Assembly: GCA_963675755.2 (NCBI GenBank) | Contig: CAXXMD010000003.1 | Coordinates: 2,208,001-2,272,000, forward strand | Direction: 5' to 3' | DNA: 64,000 bases | Source of the DNA: a bacterium | GTDB lineage: Bacteria > Zhuqueibacterota > Zhuqueibacteria > Residuimicrobiales > Krinioviventaceae | In this document: positions 19,711 through 29,865 of the stretch, piece by piece | Layout of the letters: every line of letters starts with the position of its first letter | Numbering within the stretch: the stretch's first letter is position 1 | Notes under the pieces: generated by a model | Databases searched by the model: none | Told to the model about the DNA's origin: nothing | The model's input: only the letters and a program-made list of their open reading frames with translations | Program-made: the position numbers and the translations under genes

Positions 19711-20265
19711 TTAATAATCTACTGCTACTTTGATTACCACTTTATGCAAGTCTCCGTCACTGATCAGAGGAGTATGTGCGTCATTTGGAAAAAAGATGGT
19801 AAATTGTCCGGCTGTCAATGTGTTATAAGCATCCGGAGTATCGTTAAAGAACATGATATCGGGTTTGTACTCTTCACGGACATCGGTACAGGTATCTGTG
19901 GGCTTCCAGCCAAATGTTTCAGGGCCTTTGATACAATATTGGATATCGATAAACTGACGGTGCGCTTCCAGGTATGCAGAGTCTTTACTGCGGCCCTGTG
20001 CTTTGTCGATAGTTGCAACGAGCTTTTCACCATCAAGTTCATAACGTTTTGCTTCCATTTCCGCAAGGTTTTCCTGACGCAGAAATTCAAAGGCCTTTTG
20101 AAAACCCGGATGTAAGTCGTAATATTTTTCAGCGTTTTCCAGTTTGTCAATCAATTGGGCCGGCTTGCTTTCCATTTTTGCCTCCTGCTTTTGTTGGCTG
20201 CACCCTGTAAACAGTGCGGTTACCAGAATAATCATTACAATAGTAAAAAAAACAGAGTTTCTCAT
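19711..20265 (-). CDS. YhcH/YjgK/YiaL (DUF386) family protein with an apparent lipoprotein signal
   Basis: LEAHRQFIDIQY, DIMFF, FTIFFPNDAHTP, KVVIKV; N-terminus MRNSVFF...LFTGC preceded by AGGAG. Confidence 0.85.
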   Translation of the reverse strand: MRNSVFFTIVMIILVTALFTGCSQQKQEAKMESKPAQLIDKLENAEKYYDLHPGFQKAFEFLRQENLAEMEAKRYELDGEKLVATIDKAQGRSKDSAYLEAHRQFIDIQYCIKGPETFGWKPTDTCTDVREEYKPDIMFFNDTPDAYNTLTAGQFTIFFPNDAHTPLISDGDLHKVVIKVAVDY

Positions 20266-20311
20266 TTCGCGCTTTCTCCTGTCAATTAAGGTTATGATCC
20301 GGATGGGTTTA

Positions 20312-20947
20312 TCAGGTGCCGAAATAGCGGTCACCGTAATCTCCCAGCCCGGGGACGATATATTTAACATCATTTAAATTTGAATCGATTGCAGCGGTAT
20401 AAATATCTACATCAGGAAACTGTGTGTGCAGGGCTTCTATTCCCTCCGGGGCAGCAACAATACAAACTGCTGATATTTTATGCGCACCTTTTTCCTGCAA
20501 TGCATGAATAGTATTGATTAACGAACCGCCGGTTGCCAGCATGGGATCCAGTACCAGAACATGCTTGCGGTCCAGATCGTGAGGGAATTTCTGGTAATAC
20601 TCCCGGGCTTTGGCGGTGTTTTCGTCACGTTCAAGCCCAATGAATCCAACCGAAACCCACGGCAGGAATTCTCTTGCCGGAATGAGCATGGAAATACCGG
20701 CACGCAGAACCGGAACAAACACCAATGACTCGCGAATTTGTAATCCGTTTGTTTGGGTTATCGGTGTTTCAATGGGGTGGTTTTCCATTTTCAGATTTTT
20801 GGTTGCTTCCAGAATCAGTATCTGTGAAACCACTGCTGAATGACGAACAAACATTTCGGTTGTTGTATTTTTATCTCGAAGAATTGTCAATGAATGCTGT
20901 AACAGGGGATGACTTGCAAGATTCACTACTTTCAAGTAAACCTCCAT
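20312..20947 (-). CDS. upp: Uracil phosphoribosyltransferase
   Basis: HPLLQH, VPVLRAG, IGLERDE, VLDPMLATGGS, YIVPGLGDYGDRYFGT; the true start may be the TTG at 20935. Confidence 0.95.
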   Translation of the reverse strand: MEVYLKVVNLASHPLLQHSLTILRDKNTTTEMFVRHSAVVSQILILEATKNLKMENHPIETPITQTNGLQIRESLVFVPVLRAGISMLIPAREFLPWVSVGFIGLERDENTAKAREYYQKFPHDLDRKHVLVLDPMLATGGSLINTIHALQEKGAHKISAVCIVAAPEGIEALHTQFPDVDIYTAAIDSNLNDVKYIVPGLGDYGDRYFGT

Positions 20948-21094
20948 ATTATAAATTGATATACAATTGGATTCTACAATATAAAGATTTTATTACAATT
21001 CCCAAGTAAAAAAACAGGCTGAAATGCGGTAAATTTACAGATTATTCGCTCTTCAAAACTTGTTATAATAACGTATATTGTTTGGAGGAGAGTT

Positions 21095-22195
21095 ATGCAG
21101 TATTTTAAAAGCGTATTTAGCGTTTCTTTACTGATTCTGGTACTTTTTGTGGCTTTCGGTGTATATGGTGATGGATTGTTCAATGAACCGGAAAGTGTAG
21201 TGTTTGATTATGACAGTAACCGTTATTTTGTTTCCAACAAGAATGATGGCAAGATCATCGTGATAGACAGTTTAGGCATAGAAAGTGTTTTTAATGATAC
21301 GCTGTCATCGTGCAGGGGGCTGCATATCCTTGAAGGACATCTTTATGGGGCCGGAACCGAGGGTATTGTTGAAATTGATTTAGAGACCGGTGAAACAAAT
21401 TTGATTATTGAAATTGAAGGACGAACGTTTTTGAATGATATAACGTCAGATACGCTTGGTAATCTCTATGTAACGGATTCATCACAGGGCAAGATTTACA
21501 AGATCAGGCCTGAGACTTTTTTCTACACGGATTTCGCAACAGGCCTTACCGGTATTAACGGTATTCTGTATATACCTGATCCTGAATTGTTGTATTTTTG
21601 CACCGGCAGGGATATTAAGCGTGTTGACCTTGCCGATTCATCGGTAACTGAGGTTATTCGGACCTACCACGGACAGTTGGATGGTCTGGCCATTGACAGT
21701 ACCGGGTATATCTATTTTTCTTCATGGGGAAGCGATGGTGTGTTCCGTTATGATCCCTTGTTCAGCCTGGAAGAAGCGGATACTATCTCAACCGGTCATG
21801 TTGATCCCGCAGATATTTATATCAATACACGGGATAATATTCTGGCTGTTCCGAATTACAGTGACAATACAGTGGATTTTATTGATCTGACACCCATCAT
21901 TACAGATGTGGATGACGAAAACCCGGTACCGGAAGGTTTTGAACTGTATCAAAATTATCCCAATCCATTTAATCCCATAACAACGATCCGTTTCCAGGTA
22001 CCGGAGTATATGTGGGTAAGCCTGGATATTTATAATATTACGGGACAAAAGGTTGCTACGCTATTGAACGGATTTGTGCAGCCCGGTTTTCATTCGGTTG
22101 ACTGGGATGCCGCAAGATTGAGCTCGGGGATATATATATACAACCTTGTTGCGGGAGATTACCGGATGTCGAGAAAAATGGTATTTGTGAAATAA
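21095..22195 (+). CDS. SMP-30/gluconolactonase-like beta-propeller with T9SS-like C-terminal domain
   Basis: PESV, FLNDIT, LYVTDS, NGI, LDGL, PADI; QNYPNPFNP...SSGIYIY...KMVFVK. Confidence 0.85.
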   Translation: MQYFKSVFSVSLLILVLFVAFGVYGDGLFNEPESVVFDYDSNRYFVSNKNDGKIIVIDSLGIESVFNDTLSSCRGLHILEGHLYGAGTEGIVEIDLETGETNLIIEIEGRTFLNDITSDTLGNLYVTDSSQGKIYKIRPETFFYTDFATGLTGINGILYIPDPELLYFCTGRDIKRVDLADSSVTEVIRTYHGQLDGLAIDSTGYIYFSSWGSDGVFRYDPLFSLEEADTISTGHVDPADIYINTRDNILAVPNYSDNTVDFIDLTPIITDVDDENPVPEGFELYQNYPNPFNPITTIRFQVPEYMWVSLDIYNITGQKVATLLNGFVQPGFHSVDWDAARLSSGIYIYNLVAGDYRMSRKMVFVK

Positions 22196-22231
22196 AAAAA
22201 GCAGGGATCGGGTGGAAGCTCCGATCCCTGC
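22194..22231. terminator. Terminator between convergent genes (U-tract on the minus strand)
   Basis: A-run then GCAGGGATCGG...CCGATCCCTGC. Confidence 0.75.
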
Positions 22232-22256
22232 TCAGGGTAATTGTGGAAAAATTGAT

Positions 22257-24386
22257 TTATGGCAGAGGTGAAATACCTTCCCATTTTACGTTCCAGTTGC
22301 CGTCTTTGGGAAAGCCGGGGGAATCGGTTTCAGCTCCGTCCCAGCCGGCGCACATTAATGCAACTGCGGACAATAAAGAACCGTTAGCCGGCATATAGAC
22401 AGCCAGGTCCTGACGCTGCGGGCAATGTCCGTTTGCGGTATAGTCGTTGTTGGGGGCATCCATCAGTAATACTTTGACTGCGATGTCAGGTCGCCCCACA
22501 CGGGTTGCCGTCATGGCGATCATGGGGTAATCCCAGCCCCAGATTTTGGCTTCCCAGTCCCAGGTTTTCATGACCTGCTCAAGGGTTTTTTCCATAATGG
22601 CCTTATCTGCACGTTCACCGGGCAGAACACCCAATACTGCCAGCAATGAGGGGTGGTCTCTGCGGCTTTCAATGTTATCAAAGGTGTCCGGGGTAGATTC
22701 AAGGGCCACATATAACCCGTCTTTAGTTGGTAATTGAGACAAGTGTTCAATGACATGGTTCCATTTTTCTACGCGGGACTCACCCAATCGTTCTTTCCAT
22801 TCCTGTGCCAGTTTCAGGCTAAAATACCAGTATTCCAATTCAAATGTGGGGTTCTGGCTTTTGCTTTGGTCATATATTTCCTGAGACAACCACAAGGGCG
22901 GGCCCAGAACATAGCGTTGAGTATCTTTATCCCAATATGCAAAAGAAGCCAGGAATTTTGCGGTTTCGAAGACCATGTCTTTGTATTTATTCAGTGTTTC
23001 CTGAGTAGGATGCTGGCGATAAATTAATTCAGCCATATAAATAGGCATGGGTTGGTTCCAGATGATCAGCGGATTACCGCCGGGACTTTCACGTCCGTCC
23101 GGCCCTACCATTTTTGACCAGTTGGCGCCTTCAAATCCGCGTTCTTTAGCTGTAGCTTTTGCATGGTCCATAATAGATATGTACCATGGTAAGCTGTTTT
23201 CCATCAACTCGGGACGGTCCCATAATGCAAAATGGGCTGCGTGCCACCAATACATTTCTGTATTGTGTTTGCCATACCAGCTGCTGTGGGTCAGGCCGGT
23301 TTCGGATGGTGGTATTTTACCGCAGTATTGATTGCGCATGAGATATAATGATAGAATAACGCGTCTTTCCAGTTCTTTGGCGCGGGTATCTTTACATTCT
23401 GAAAAATCAATGATACCACCTGAAAACCAGTATGCTTCCCATGCTTCAGCAGATGCCGCAGTAACGGATTGAATATCTCCTGTTGCAAAGTTTTTGTCTT
23501 GAGAAAATTCGCAGGAAAATTCAAAAGATTCGGATGCGTTTGATAATACAAATGCATGCTTGTCGGCTTGCTCAAGTTTTGCAGAACCGGACCAGGTGAA
23601 TTGGGTGTAAAAGCGTGTTGTATCCAAATCTCTTTGCAAAACGATATGGTCTATAGTCTGATCCAGAATTGTGGTGGTATGTTTATCAGGGCTGTTCCAG
23701 TCTACATCCGGTTTGTTTTTAATGCGGGTATTGTGTGTAAAGGGGAACCTTAACGAGACAGTCAATTTACCCTCTTTTAGCAAGGGAGATTCAACTTTGA
23801 AAGACACCTTGTCCGCATTGGGATCAGAAACAGTGAGAACTTTGACGGGGGCATTGTCGAGAGTAAAGGAGCTTGAAAGTAAACCAGTCCACATGTCCAG
23901 CGTTTGGTCGATATTTTTAACATCCTTGACAGTCAATTCAGAGCCATCTGCTTTTTTGTATCTAAAGCCAATTTCAATCAACGGAAGTTTGTGCGGATTT
24001 AAACGCAGCCATTGACCTGCTTTACTTCGTTCGTTTGTGGGGTATCCCACCTGGCGACCATGTACGTCATAATAGCGATAGGCATCTTTTAAGGTATATC
24101 CGTTGGGGTTGTCAAAAGAGTGCCATGCCCATTCAGCTTGTGTTTCAATGGGGATGCCATTTTGGTAGTAAAAATCCGGAAAGGTCTGAAGACCTGTAAC
24201 ATCGGCAGTAAAAGCAAATTCACCGTTACCTACGGTAAGCGGGGCCAGGGGATCGACTGTGGTGATGTGCGGATTATTACGTGTGACAACCGCATTTCGA
24301 TCAATACTGGATGAGGTACTGGTACAGCTTGTAATAGCAATACCGATTAATAAATACAATGTAAAATGAAATAATTTTTTTCCCAT
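22257..24386 (-). CDS. (alpha/alpha)6 glycoside hydrolase-like lipoprotein (GH65/GH95-like)
   Basis: Lipobox ITSC; PLTVGNGEFAFTADVTGLQT, ETGL..SWYGK, WGWDYPM, MPANGSLL. Start at MGKK after GAGGAG. Confidence 0.7.
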   Translation of the reverse strand: MGKKLFHFTLYLLIGIAITSCTSTSSSIDRNAVVTRNNPHITTVDPLAPLTVGNGEFAFTADVTGLQTFPDFYYQNGIPIETQAEWAWHSFDNPNGYTLKDAYRYYDVHGRQVGYPTNERSKAGQWLRLNPHKLPLIEIGFRYKKADGSELTVKDVKNIDQTLDMWTGLLSSSFTLDNAPVKVLTVSDPNADKVSFKVESPLLKEGKLTVSLRFPFTHNTRIKNKPDVDWNSPDKHTTTILDQTIDHIVLQRDLDTTRFYTQFTWSGSAKLEQADKHAFVLSNASESFEFSCEFSQDKNFATGDIQSVTAASAEAWEAYWFSGGIIDFSECKDTRAKELERRVILSLYLMRNQYCGKIPPSETGLTHSSWYGKHNTEMYWWHAAHFALWDRPELMENSLPWYISIMDHAKATAKERGFEGANWSKMVGPDGRESPGGNPLIIWNQPMPIYMAELIYRQHPTQETLNKYKDMVFETAKFLASFAYWDKDTQRYVLGPPLWLSQEIYDQSKSQNPTFELEYWYFSLKLAQEWKERLGESRVEKWNHVIEHLSQLPTKDGLYVALESTPDTFDNIESRRDHPSLLAVLGVLPGERADKAIMEKTLEQVMKTWDWEAKIWGWDYPMIAMTATRVGRPDIAVKVLLMDAPNNDYTANGHCPQRQDLAVYMPANGSLLSAVALMCAGWDGAETDSPGFPKDGNWNVKWEGISPLP

Positions 24387-24475
24387 ATCTCTCCTCAAAC
24401 GTTTAAGTTGTGAAAAAAGTTATTAAATAAATTTATTAAATTCAATCAAAAAAATAAAGCAGTTTTGGAGAAAAA

Positions 24476-24508
24476 GGGAAAAAACGGAAGGGATTTCTCC
24501 CTTCCGTT
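24476..24508 (-). terminator. Rho-independent terminator
   Basis: AACGGAAGGGA-tttc-TCCCTTCCGTT with an adjacent A-run on the plus strand. Confidence 0.7.
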
Positions 24509-24517
24509 GCGTTAAAG

Positions 24518-27500
24518 CTATTTGATGAGAATGATTTTTTTGTCGCTTAAATAATCATTGGCCTGCATATGGAGAATATACATTCCGGAAGCGCTCATGT
24601 TGCCTTTATAATCGGTACCATCCCAAATGTACCGATAGGTGCCGGCAGATTGAACGCCCTTGAAAAGCGTTTTAACCATCTTACCGTTTATATCATAGAT
24701 GGTAAGCAATACATCTGCAGCACGTGGCAGGTCATATCGTACCGTTGTTTGCGCGTTGAAAGGATTCGGATAATTTTGTTGTAACTGGAATCTATCCGGT
24801 GTTTCTGTATCGCTTTCTACCAGCGTACCGGTTTGTACCTGTATATAGCCATTTACTGTCAGGGTATCACTTCCACCGTTGTTTGTTGCAACCAGTGTTA
24901 CGGTATAGGTTCCTATACTTGAATATGTATGTGTTGGATTTTGTTCTTCACTGGTAACACCATCACCAAAGTTCCAGAACCAGCTGTCTACCAGGCCTTC
25001 ACTTTGATCACTAAAGTTTACTGTTAGCGGAGCAGGACCTTGTACCGGTTCTGCGGAAAACATTGCCACAGGAGGATCGGGAATGACCTGAATGTATGAT
25101 TCCTTAACAAGGGTACTGCTGCCGCGTGGCCCTTTTACGGTTAATTTTACATCATAATCACCGTTGGTGCTGTACTCATGCTGTGGATTTTGTTCATCGC
25201 TATAGGTAGAATCACCAAAATCCCAGTACCATTCATCAATATCTCCGGTAGATTCATCTGTAAACTGGACTGTTAACGGAGCTTTGCCGCGAGTTGTATC
25301 TGCACTAAAGGCGGGTACCAGGTCTTCGTTATAGACATTGATATATCCTTCGCGAATCAGGGTTGCCACACCACCGGTGCTGACGATTTTCAAACTGACT
25401 GAATATGAACCCGCAGAGTCAAAAACATGTAATGGATTTTGCAGTGTACTGGTACCACCGTCACCAAATCCCCATTGCCATGAGAGTATATCACCTTCAG
25501 ATTCATCTGTAAACTGAACTGTCAGGGGGACAAGTCCGTTTGTTGTATCTGCAACAAACCATGGGTCGGGAGGTAAAACGACCTTGATCACATTCAGGGT
25601 ATATTCCTGAATAGCGGAACCGCCCTTGCCATCGTCAACACGAATTCGAATGGTATGGTCACCTTCATCTCCATCCTGAGGAGTCCAGATTACCAGGCCC
25701 GAGTCAGCATCTATAGACATTGTTTCAGGACCTTCTGAAATTGAAAAACTCAGAGTATCACCATCCTGATCCGTTGCAGTGACCTTGTATGTGTACAGGG
25801 TATCAACAAATGCCTGAGTTGGGGCTGTAGATGTGATTTCAGGATCAAAGTTGACACCGGCAATTCGAATCCAGAAATACTGGGTTTGCCAGCCGCCTTC
25901 AGAGTCAGTGGCTTTAATACCGGTCAGGTAATAACCTGCGCCTTTACCCCAAAGATCTAAATCTTTATCTTCTTCTGTGGGTGTCCATTCTACAGCTCCT
26001 GTAGATGAAGTTAGTGTCATATTATCCGGTCCAAGAACCAGTTCCCAGGTCAATGGATTTGCATCATCATCCAGAGCTGCCGGGGAATAGGTCCAAACAG
26101 AATTTGCATTTGCAAACAGTTCCGGTGTTGTTGTGAATTCAGGTACCGGATTGTTGAATGTATTTTTAGATGCTCCCGGCATACCTATGGCAGAAACAGA
26201 TACATTTGACGATGCGGATGATATTTGAGAAACCATAACCCAGGCATTTTGACCGTCATTTACAACTTGAGGTGTGCCGCCTGACCAGGGTGCAAGTGCA
26301 GTACTGCTCCACATGTCATTTTCGTATACCATAATTCTGGGAGTTTGACGCCTGCCGTTTAAAAGCAGAACACTTCCATCAGAATAGACTGAAGGTCTGA
26401 TATGTGGATCACCCGTATTTTCATAAAATAATGGCTGTTCTTTGCCATGGCGGGGAGTCCAGTCCATGCCCGGCTCGTCTGCCGCTGCACAGAAAATTTC
26501 ACCTTTATAGTCACCTGAATTTTCGGTGTTATTGTTCCAACCAATATAGATTTTACCATTACCTACAGACATGTATGGAGAATCACCCAATTCGTCTACG
26601 GGATTGGTAACATTTTCCTGAAACATCCAATCTGTATATCCCGGTACTTTGAATGCAAATTGTGCATAGCGTTTACCGGTTTCCTCTTCCTGGAAGAGCA
26701 GGTAAACCATACCGTTTTCACCACGTTCCAGACTGGGGTGAGAACCGCTGCCCAGATCCCGGGGTTCTCCCCATGATCCGTCATATTCAATAACCTGAAC
26801 GGTATTGTTGCTAACATCATGATAAACAACATAGCGATAATCGCCTTTGGTAATGATATCCGGATAAATAGCAAAGGAGGGGACTGTTGCCAAAAGTTCA
26901 GGTTCAGCCCAATCGCCACTGCTGTTGTTCATGGTATAGATGTTACCGTTTTCATCTGAAAATACAATATGTGTGGTTCCGGCAGAATCAATATCCATGG
27001 CTGTACAGCGTTGCGGAAACTGGAATTGATCTTCACTATAAACATTGATATTATCCAAAGCCAGTTCCTGCATTTGGTCCCAACCACCTTCTGCGTTTCT
27101 GGTACGAATACGTATGTCGTTGTCATTAACCCACAAACTGCTAATATCTCCGTTTAACGGATTGATAGCAATATCTCCGCTAAAACCATGCTCGTCTAAA
27201 ACGGTATGTTCTGCAATTTCCAGATCATTGGACTGAATGAGGGTAGGATTACGGATTCCAAAAACTGTGATGCCCGGAGCAGAAGTGTTTGCCACCCAAA
27301 TGGTAGAACCATCACTTTCAACTTCTATCAAACCACCAAGCCATGGAGCTTCTCTACCTACACTCCATTGGTCTCCTTCCCAGATCATATAGCGTTTATC
27401 CTGACGTCTGGCGTTCATATAAACCACGGTGCCATCATCAAAGGTTGCAACGCGGGGATGTGGAGTTGCAGTATCTTCATAATAGAGGGGATTGCTTCCA

Positions 27501-28402
27501 CCCAATTTAGTATTCCATGTAAGACCGGGTTCCTCGGCCGTTCCACAAAACATTATAGTCTTTGTTGGACCATCCGGACCGGGCACATCACACCACGCCA
27601 GATACAATCTGCCGTTATGTACTGCCAGGTTGGGGCCTCCGCCAAGTCTGTAAACGGCATCTGTTACATTAGAAACCATGTGAAAACTGGTTTCTCCGGT
27701 TTGCAGATAACCAAATAAAGCATTACGGATGGTTTCACGGTTTCTGCTTAGTAAATAAATGGTGCCGGTATCGTTTTTGTAAAGAGAGGGATATTCACCA
27801 CGCTCTATAAAGATTTTGGATTGCCAATGGCCATTAATGTATGGTACCACATAGATATTGTCTTCATATCCTTCTTCATAGATCGTATAAATATTGCCTT
27901 GTGATTCTACAATGTCGGGTACAATTTTGGATGTAGGGGATTCTTCGATTTCATCAATTACGCCCCAGTTACCATAGTTTCCTTTGCAATAATTAAAGTC
28001 ACCATCACGTTCAGCAAAAACAATATGAACAACCCCATTACCATCTACCGTTATTGCGGAACAGCGATCTGGTAAACCATGTTCATCCAGGCCTTCTACA
28101 ATTCTGCCGCCATCGCCAATCGTTTCGGGGGTCATCCAGTTGCCATCCGGAGTGCGATAACTGTAATATAGATCATAATTGTTTTCCCAAACAACATGAA
28201 CACTCTTGTCTACCGGACTTATTGCAATATCAGCATACTTTCCATTTGCATCCAATAAATAACCGGGTACAATTTCCAAATCATTAACACTGATAGCAAA
28301 TGCAGGTAAAGCTGACAATGCGAGTGTGATCAATATCAGGAAATAGATATAGTAGGTTTTACCTTTCCAGGTATAGGGTTTTCTTGCAGTTTCTGAGTTC
28401 AT
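24518..28402 (-). CDS. Large secreted protein: two homologous propeller-like domains, two Ig/cadherin-like repeats, three PKD domains, T9SS-like C-terminal domain
   Basis: Duplicated NDLEI...DIAI.P domain; YKVTATDQDGD; three PLTVxFxDxS...WxFGDG/S..QNP.H; QNYPNPFN. Start at MNSE after AGGAG. Confidence 0.85.
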   Translation of the reverse strand: MNSETARKPYTWKGKTYYIYFLILITLALSALPAFAISVNDLEIVPGYLLDANGKYADIAISPVDKSVHVVWENNYDLYYSYRTPDGNWMTPETIGDGGRIVEGLDEHGLPDRCSAITVDGNGVVHIVFAERDGDFNYCKGNYGNWGVIDEIEESPTSKIVPDIVESQGNIYTIYEEGYEDNIYVVPYINGHWQSKIFIERGEYPSLYKNDTGTIYLLSRNRETIRNALFGYLQTGETSFHMVSNVTDAVYRLGGGPNLAVHNGRLYLAWCDVPGPDGPTKTIMFCGTAEEPGLTWNTKLGGSNPLYYEDTATPHPRVATFDDGTVVYMNARRQDKRYMIWEGDQWSVGREAPWLGGLIEVESDGSTIWVANTSAPGITVFGIRNPTLIQSNDLEIAEHTVLDEHGFSGDIAINPLNGDISSLWVNDNDIRIRTRNAEGGWDQMQELALDNINVYSEDQFQFPQRCTAMDIDSAGTTHIVFSDENGNIYTMNNSSGDWAEPELLATVPSFAIYPDIITKGDYRYVVYHDVSNNTVQVIEYDGSWGEPRDLGSGSHPSLERGENGMVYLLFQEEETGKRYAQFAFKVPGYTDWMFQENVTNPVDELGDSPYMSVGNGKIYIGWNNNTENSGDYKGEIFCAAADEPGMDWTPRHGKEQPLFYENTGDPHIRPSVYSDGSVLLLNGRRQTPRIMVYENDMWSSTALAPWSGGTPQVVNDGQNAWVMVSQISSASSNVSVSAIGMPGASKNTFNNPVPEFTTTPELFANANSVWTYSPAALDDDANPLTWELVLGPDNMTLTSSTGAVEWTPTEEDKDLDLWGKGAGYYLTGIKATDSEGGWQTQYFWIRIAGVNFDPEITSTAPTQAFVDTLYTYKVTATDQDGDTLSFSISEGPETMSIDADSGLVIWTPQDGDEGDHTIRIRVDDGKGGSAIQEYTLNVIKVVLPPDPWFVADTTNGLVPLTVQFTDESEGDILSWQWGFGDGGTSTLQNPLHVFDSAGSYSVSLKIVSTGGVATLIREGYINVYNEDLVPAFSADTTRGKAPLTVQFTDESTGDIDEWYWDFGDSTYSDEQNPQHEYSTNGDYDVKLTVKGPRGSSTLVKESYIQVIPDPPVAMFSAEPVQGPAPLTVNFSDQSEGLVDSWFWNFGDGVTSEEQNPTHTYSSIGTYTVTLVATNNGGSDTLTVNGYIQVQTGTLVESDTETPDRFQLQQNYPNPFNAQTTVRYDLPRAADVLLTIYDINGKMVKTLFKGVQSAGTYRYIWDGTDYKGNMSASGMYILHMQANDYLSDKKIILIK

Positions 28403-28553
28403 TTTCTCTCCTATGGTTTCGATCCTCAGGTTTATGGCCGCTGTTGCAAAATCTACACCTGAAAATGGATGATTTTTCACTTTTTTTTCAAAAAATTATA
28501 TTGTTTTTATTGAGTTTATGTATATGATTTCATGTGCTGGTGCGAAATGTTTT

Positions 28554-28586
28554 AAAACAACTCTGCAAATTTTGCAGAGTTGTTTT
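28554..28586. promoter_or_regulatory. Perfect 33-bp palindrome between divergent genes
   Basis: AAAACAACTCTGCAAA-T-TTTGCAGAGTTGTTTT; the function is inferred. Confidence 0.55.
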
Positions 28587-28700
28587 GGAACGATACACTG
28601 ATTTGAAAATGAACAGTTTGATACACTTTGCTTGCTTTTTAATTTAAAACTGTTAATATTAGTCAGTGGTCATATGGAGTCTAGTAGGAGGAAAGTTCAA

Positions 28701-29855
28701 ATGACGTATTTTGCAGATTTTGACAGAATCATTGATCGTACACCCACCTCGAGCCTGAAATGGGTAAAATACAAAAACCGTGATATTTTACCATTATGGG
28801 TAGCTGATCTGGATTTTGAATCTCCTCCCGCAGTTATGCAGGCACTATATAAGCGCACACATCATGGGGTCTTTGGGTACACTTTGGCGCCTGAAGAGCT
28901 GGTTGATGTGATTATAGAACGCATGGATCGGTTGTATAACTGGAAGATTGAAGCGGATTGGATTGTATGGATCCCCTGTCTGGTATGTGGATTTAACCTG
29001 GCGTGCCGGGCTGTGGGCAATGATGGTGATGACGTCATGTCTGTTACACCTGTGTATCCGCCGTTCCTGGATGCACCGGGGAATTCACGCCGGAATCTCA
29101 TCAAAGTACCACTCGATAAATCAAGCGGTAAATGGGTTATGGATCTGGACAAGATGCAGGATGCATTGACAGACAAGACCGGATTACTGCTGTTTTGTAA
29201 TCCCCATAATCCCACAGGCAGAGCCTATACACGGGATGAACTGCTGGCCCTGACTGAATTTTGTGAGAAAAATGATTTAATCATTTGCTCGGACGAGATC
29301 CATTGTGATTTGTTATTAGACGAGGATGTTAAGCATATACCCACCGCATCACTTGATCCTGAAATTGCAAAACGGACTATAACTCTCATGTCTCCCAGCA
29401 AGACCTATAATATTGCGGGATTGGGTTGTGGGTTTGGAATTATTTCTGATCCGGATTTGCGGGAACGCTATAAAAAAGAGATGGCGGGCATTGTTCCGCA
29501 TATTAATATTATGGGGTATACTGCGGCTCTGGCAGCATTCAAAGACGGTCAGGAATGGTTAACGGCGGTATTAAAGTACCTGAGAGAAAACCGGGACCTG
29601 TTGGAAAGCACAGTAGCTGACTGTCATTGTATTAGCATGACACATGTTGAAGCCACTTATTTGGGGTGGATTGATGTAAGAGAATTGGGATTGGAAAATC
29701 CCATAAAGTTTTTTGAACAGCATGGTCTGGGATTTTCAGACGGTGCGGATTTTGATTTTGATGGATTTGTACGTTTTAATTTTGGCTGTCCGCGTCCGGT
29801 ATTGAACAAGGCTTTGGAACGGTTGTTCAATGCTGTTCGTTCGGTTGCCTCATGA
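28701..29855 (+). CDS. patB: PatB/MalY family PLP-dependent C-S lyase (cystathionine beta-lyase)
   Basis: SLKW, LPLWVADLDF, HGVFGY, CNPHNPTGR, SDEIH, SPSKTYNIAG, YLGWID, RFNFGCP; AGGAGG RBS. Confidence 0.9.
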   Translation: MTYFADFDRIIDRTPTSSLKWVKYKNRDILPLWVADLDFESPPAVMQALYKRTHHGVFGYTLAPEELVDVIIERMDRLYNWKIEADWIVWIPCLVCGFNLACRAVGNDGDDVMSVTPVYPPFLDAPGNSRRNLIKVPLDKSSGKWVMDLDKMQDALTDKTGLLLFCNPHNPTGRAYTRDELLALTEFCEKNDLIICSDEIHCDLLLDEDVKHIPTASLDPEIAKRTITLMSPSKTYNIAGLGCGFGIISDPDLRERYKKEMAGIVPHINIMGYTAALAAFKDGQEWLTAVLKYLRENRDLLESTVADCHCISMTHVEATYLGWIDVRELGLENPIKFFEQHGLGFSDGADFDFDGFVRFNFGCPRPVLNKALERLFNAVRSVAS

Positions 29856-29865
29856 CAGGGAGTAT

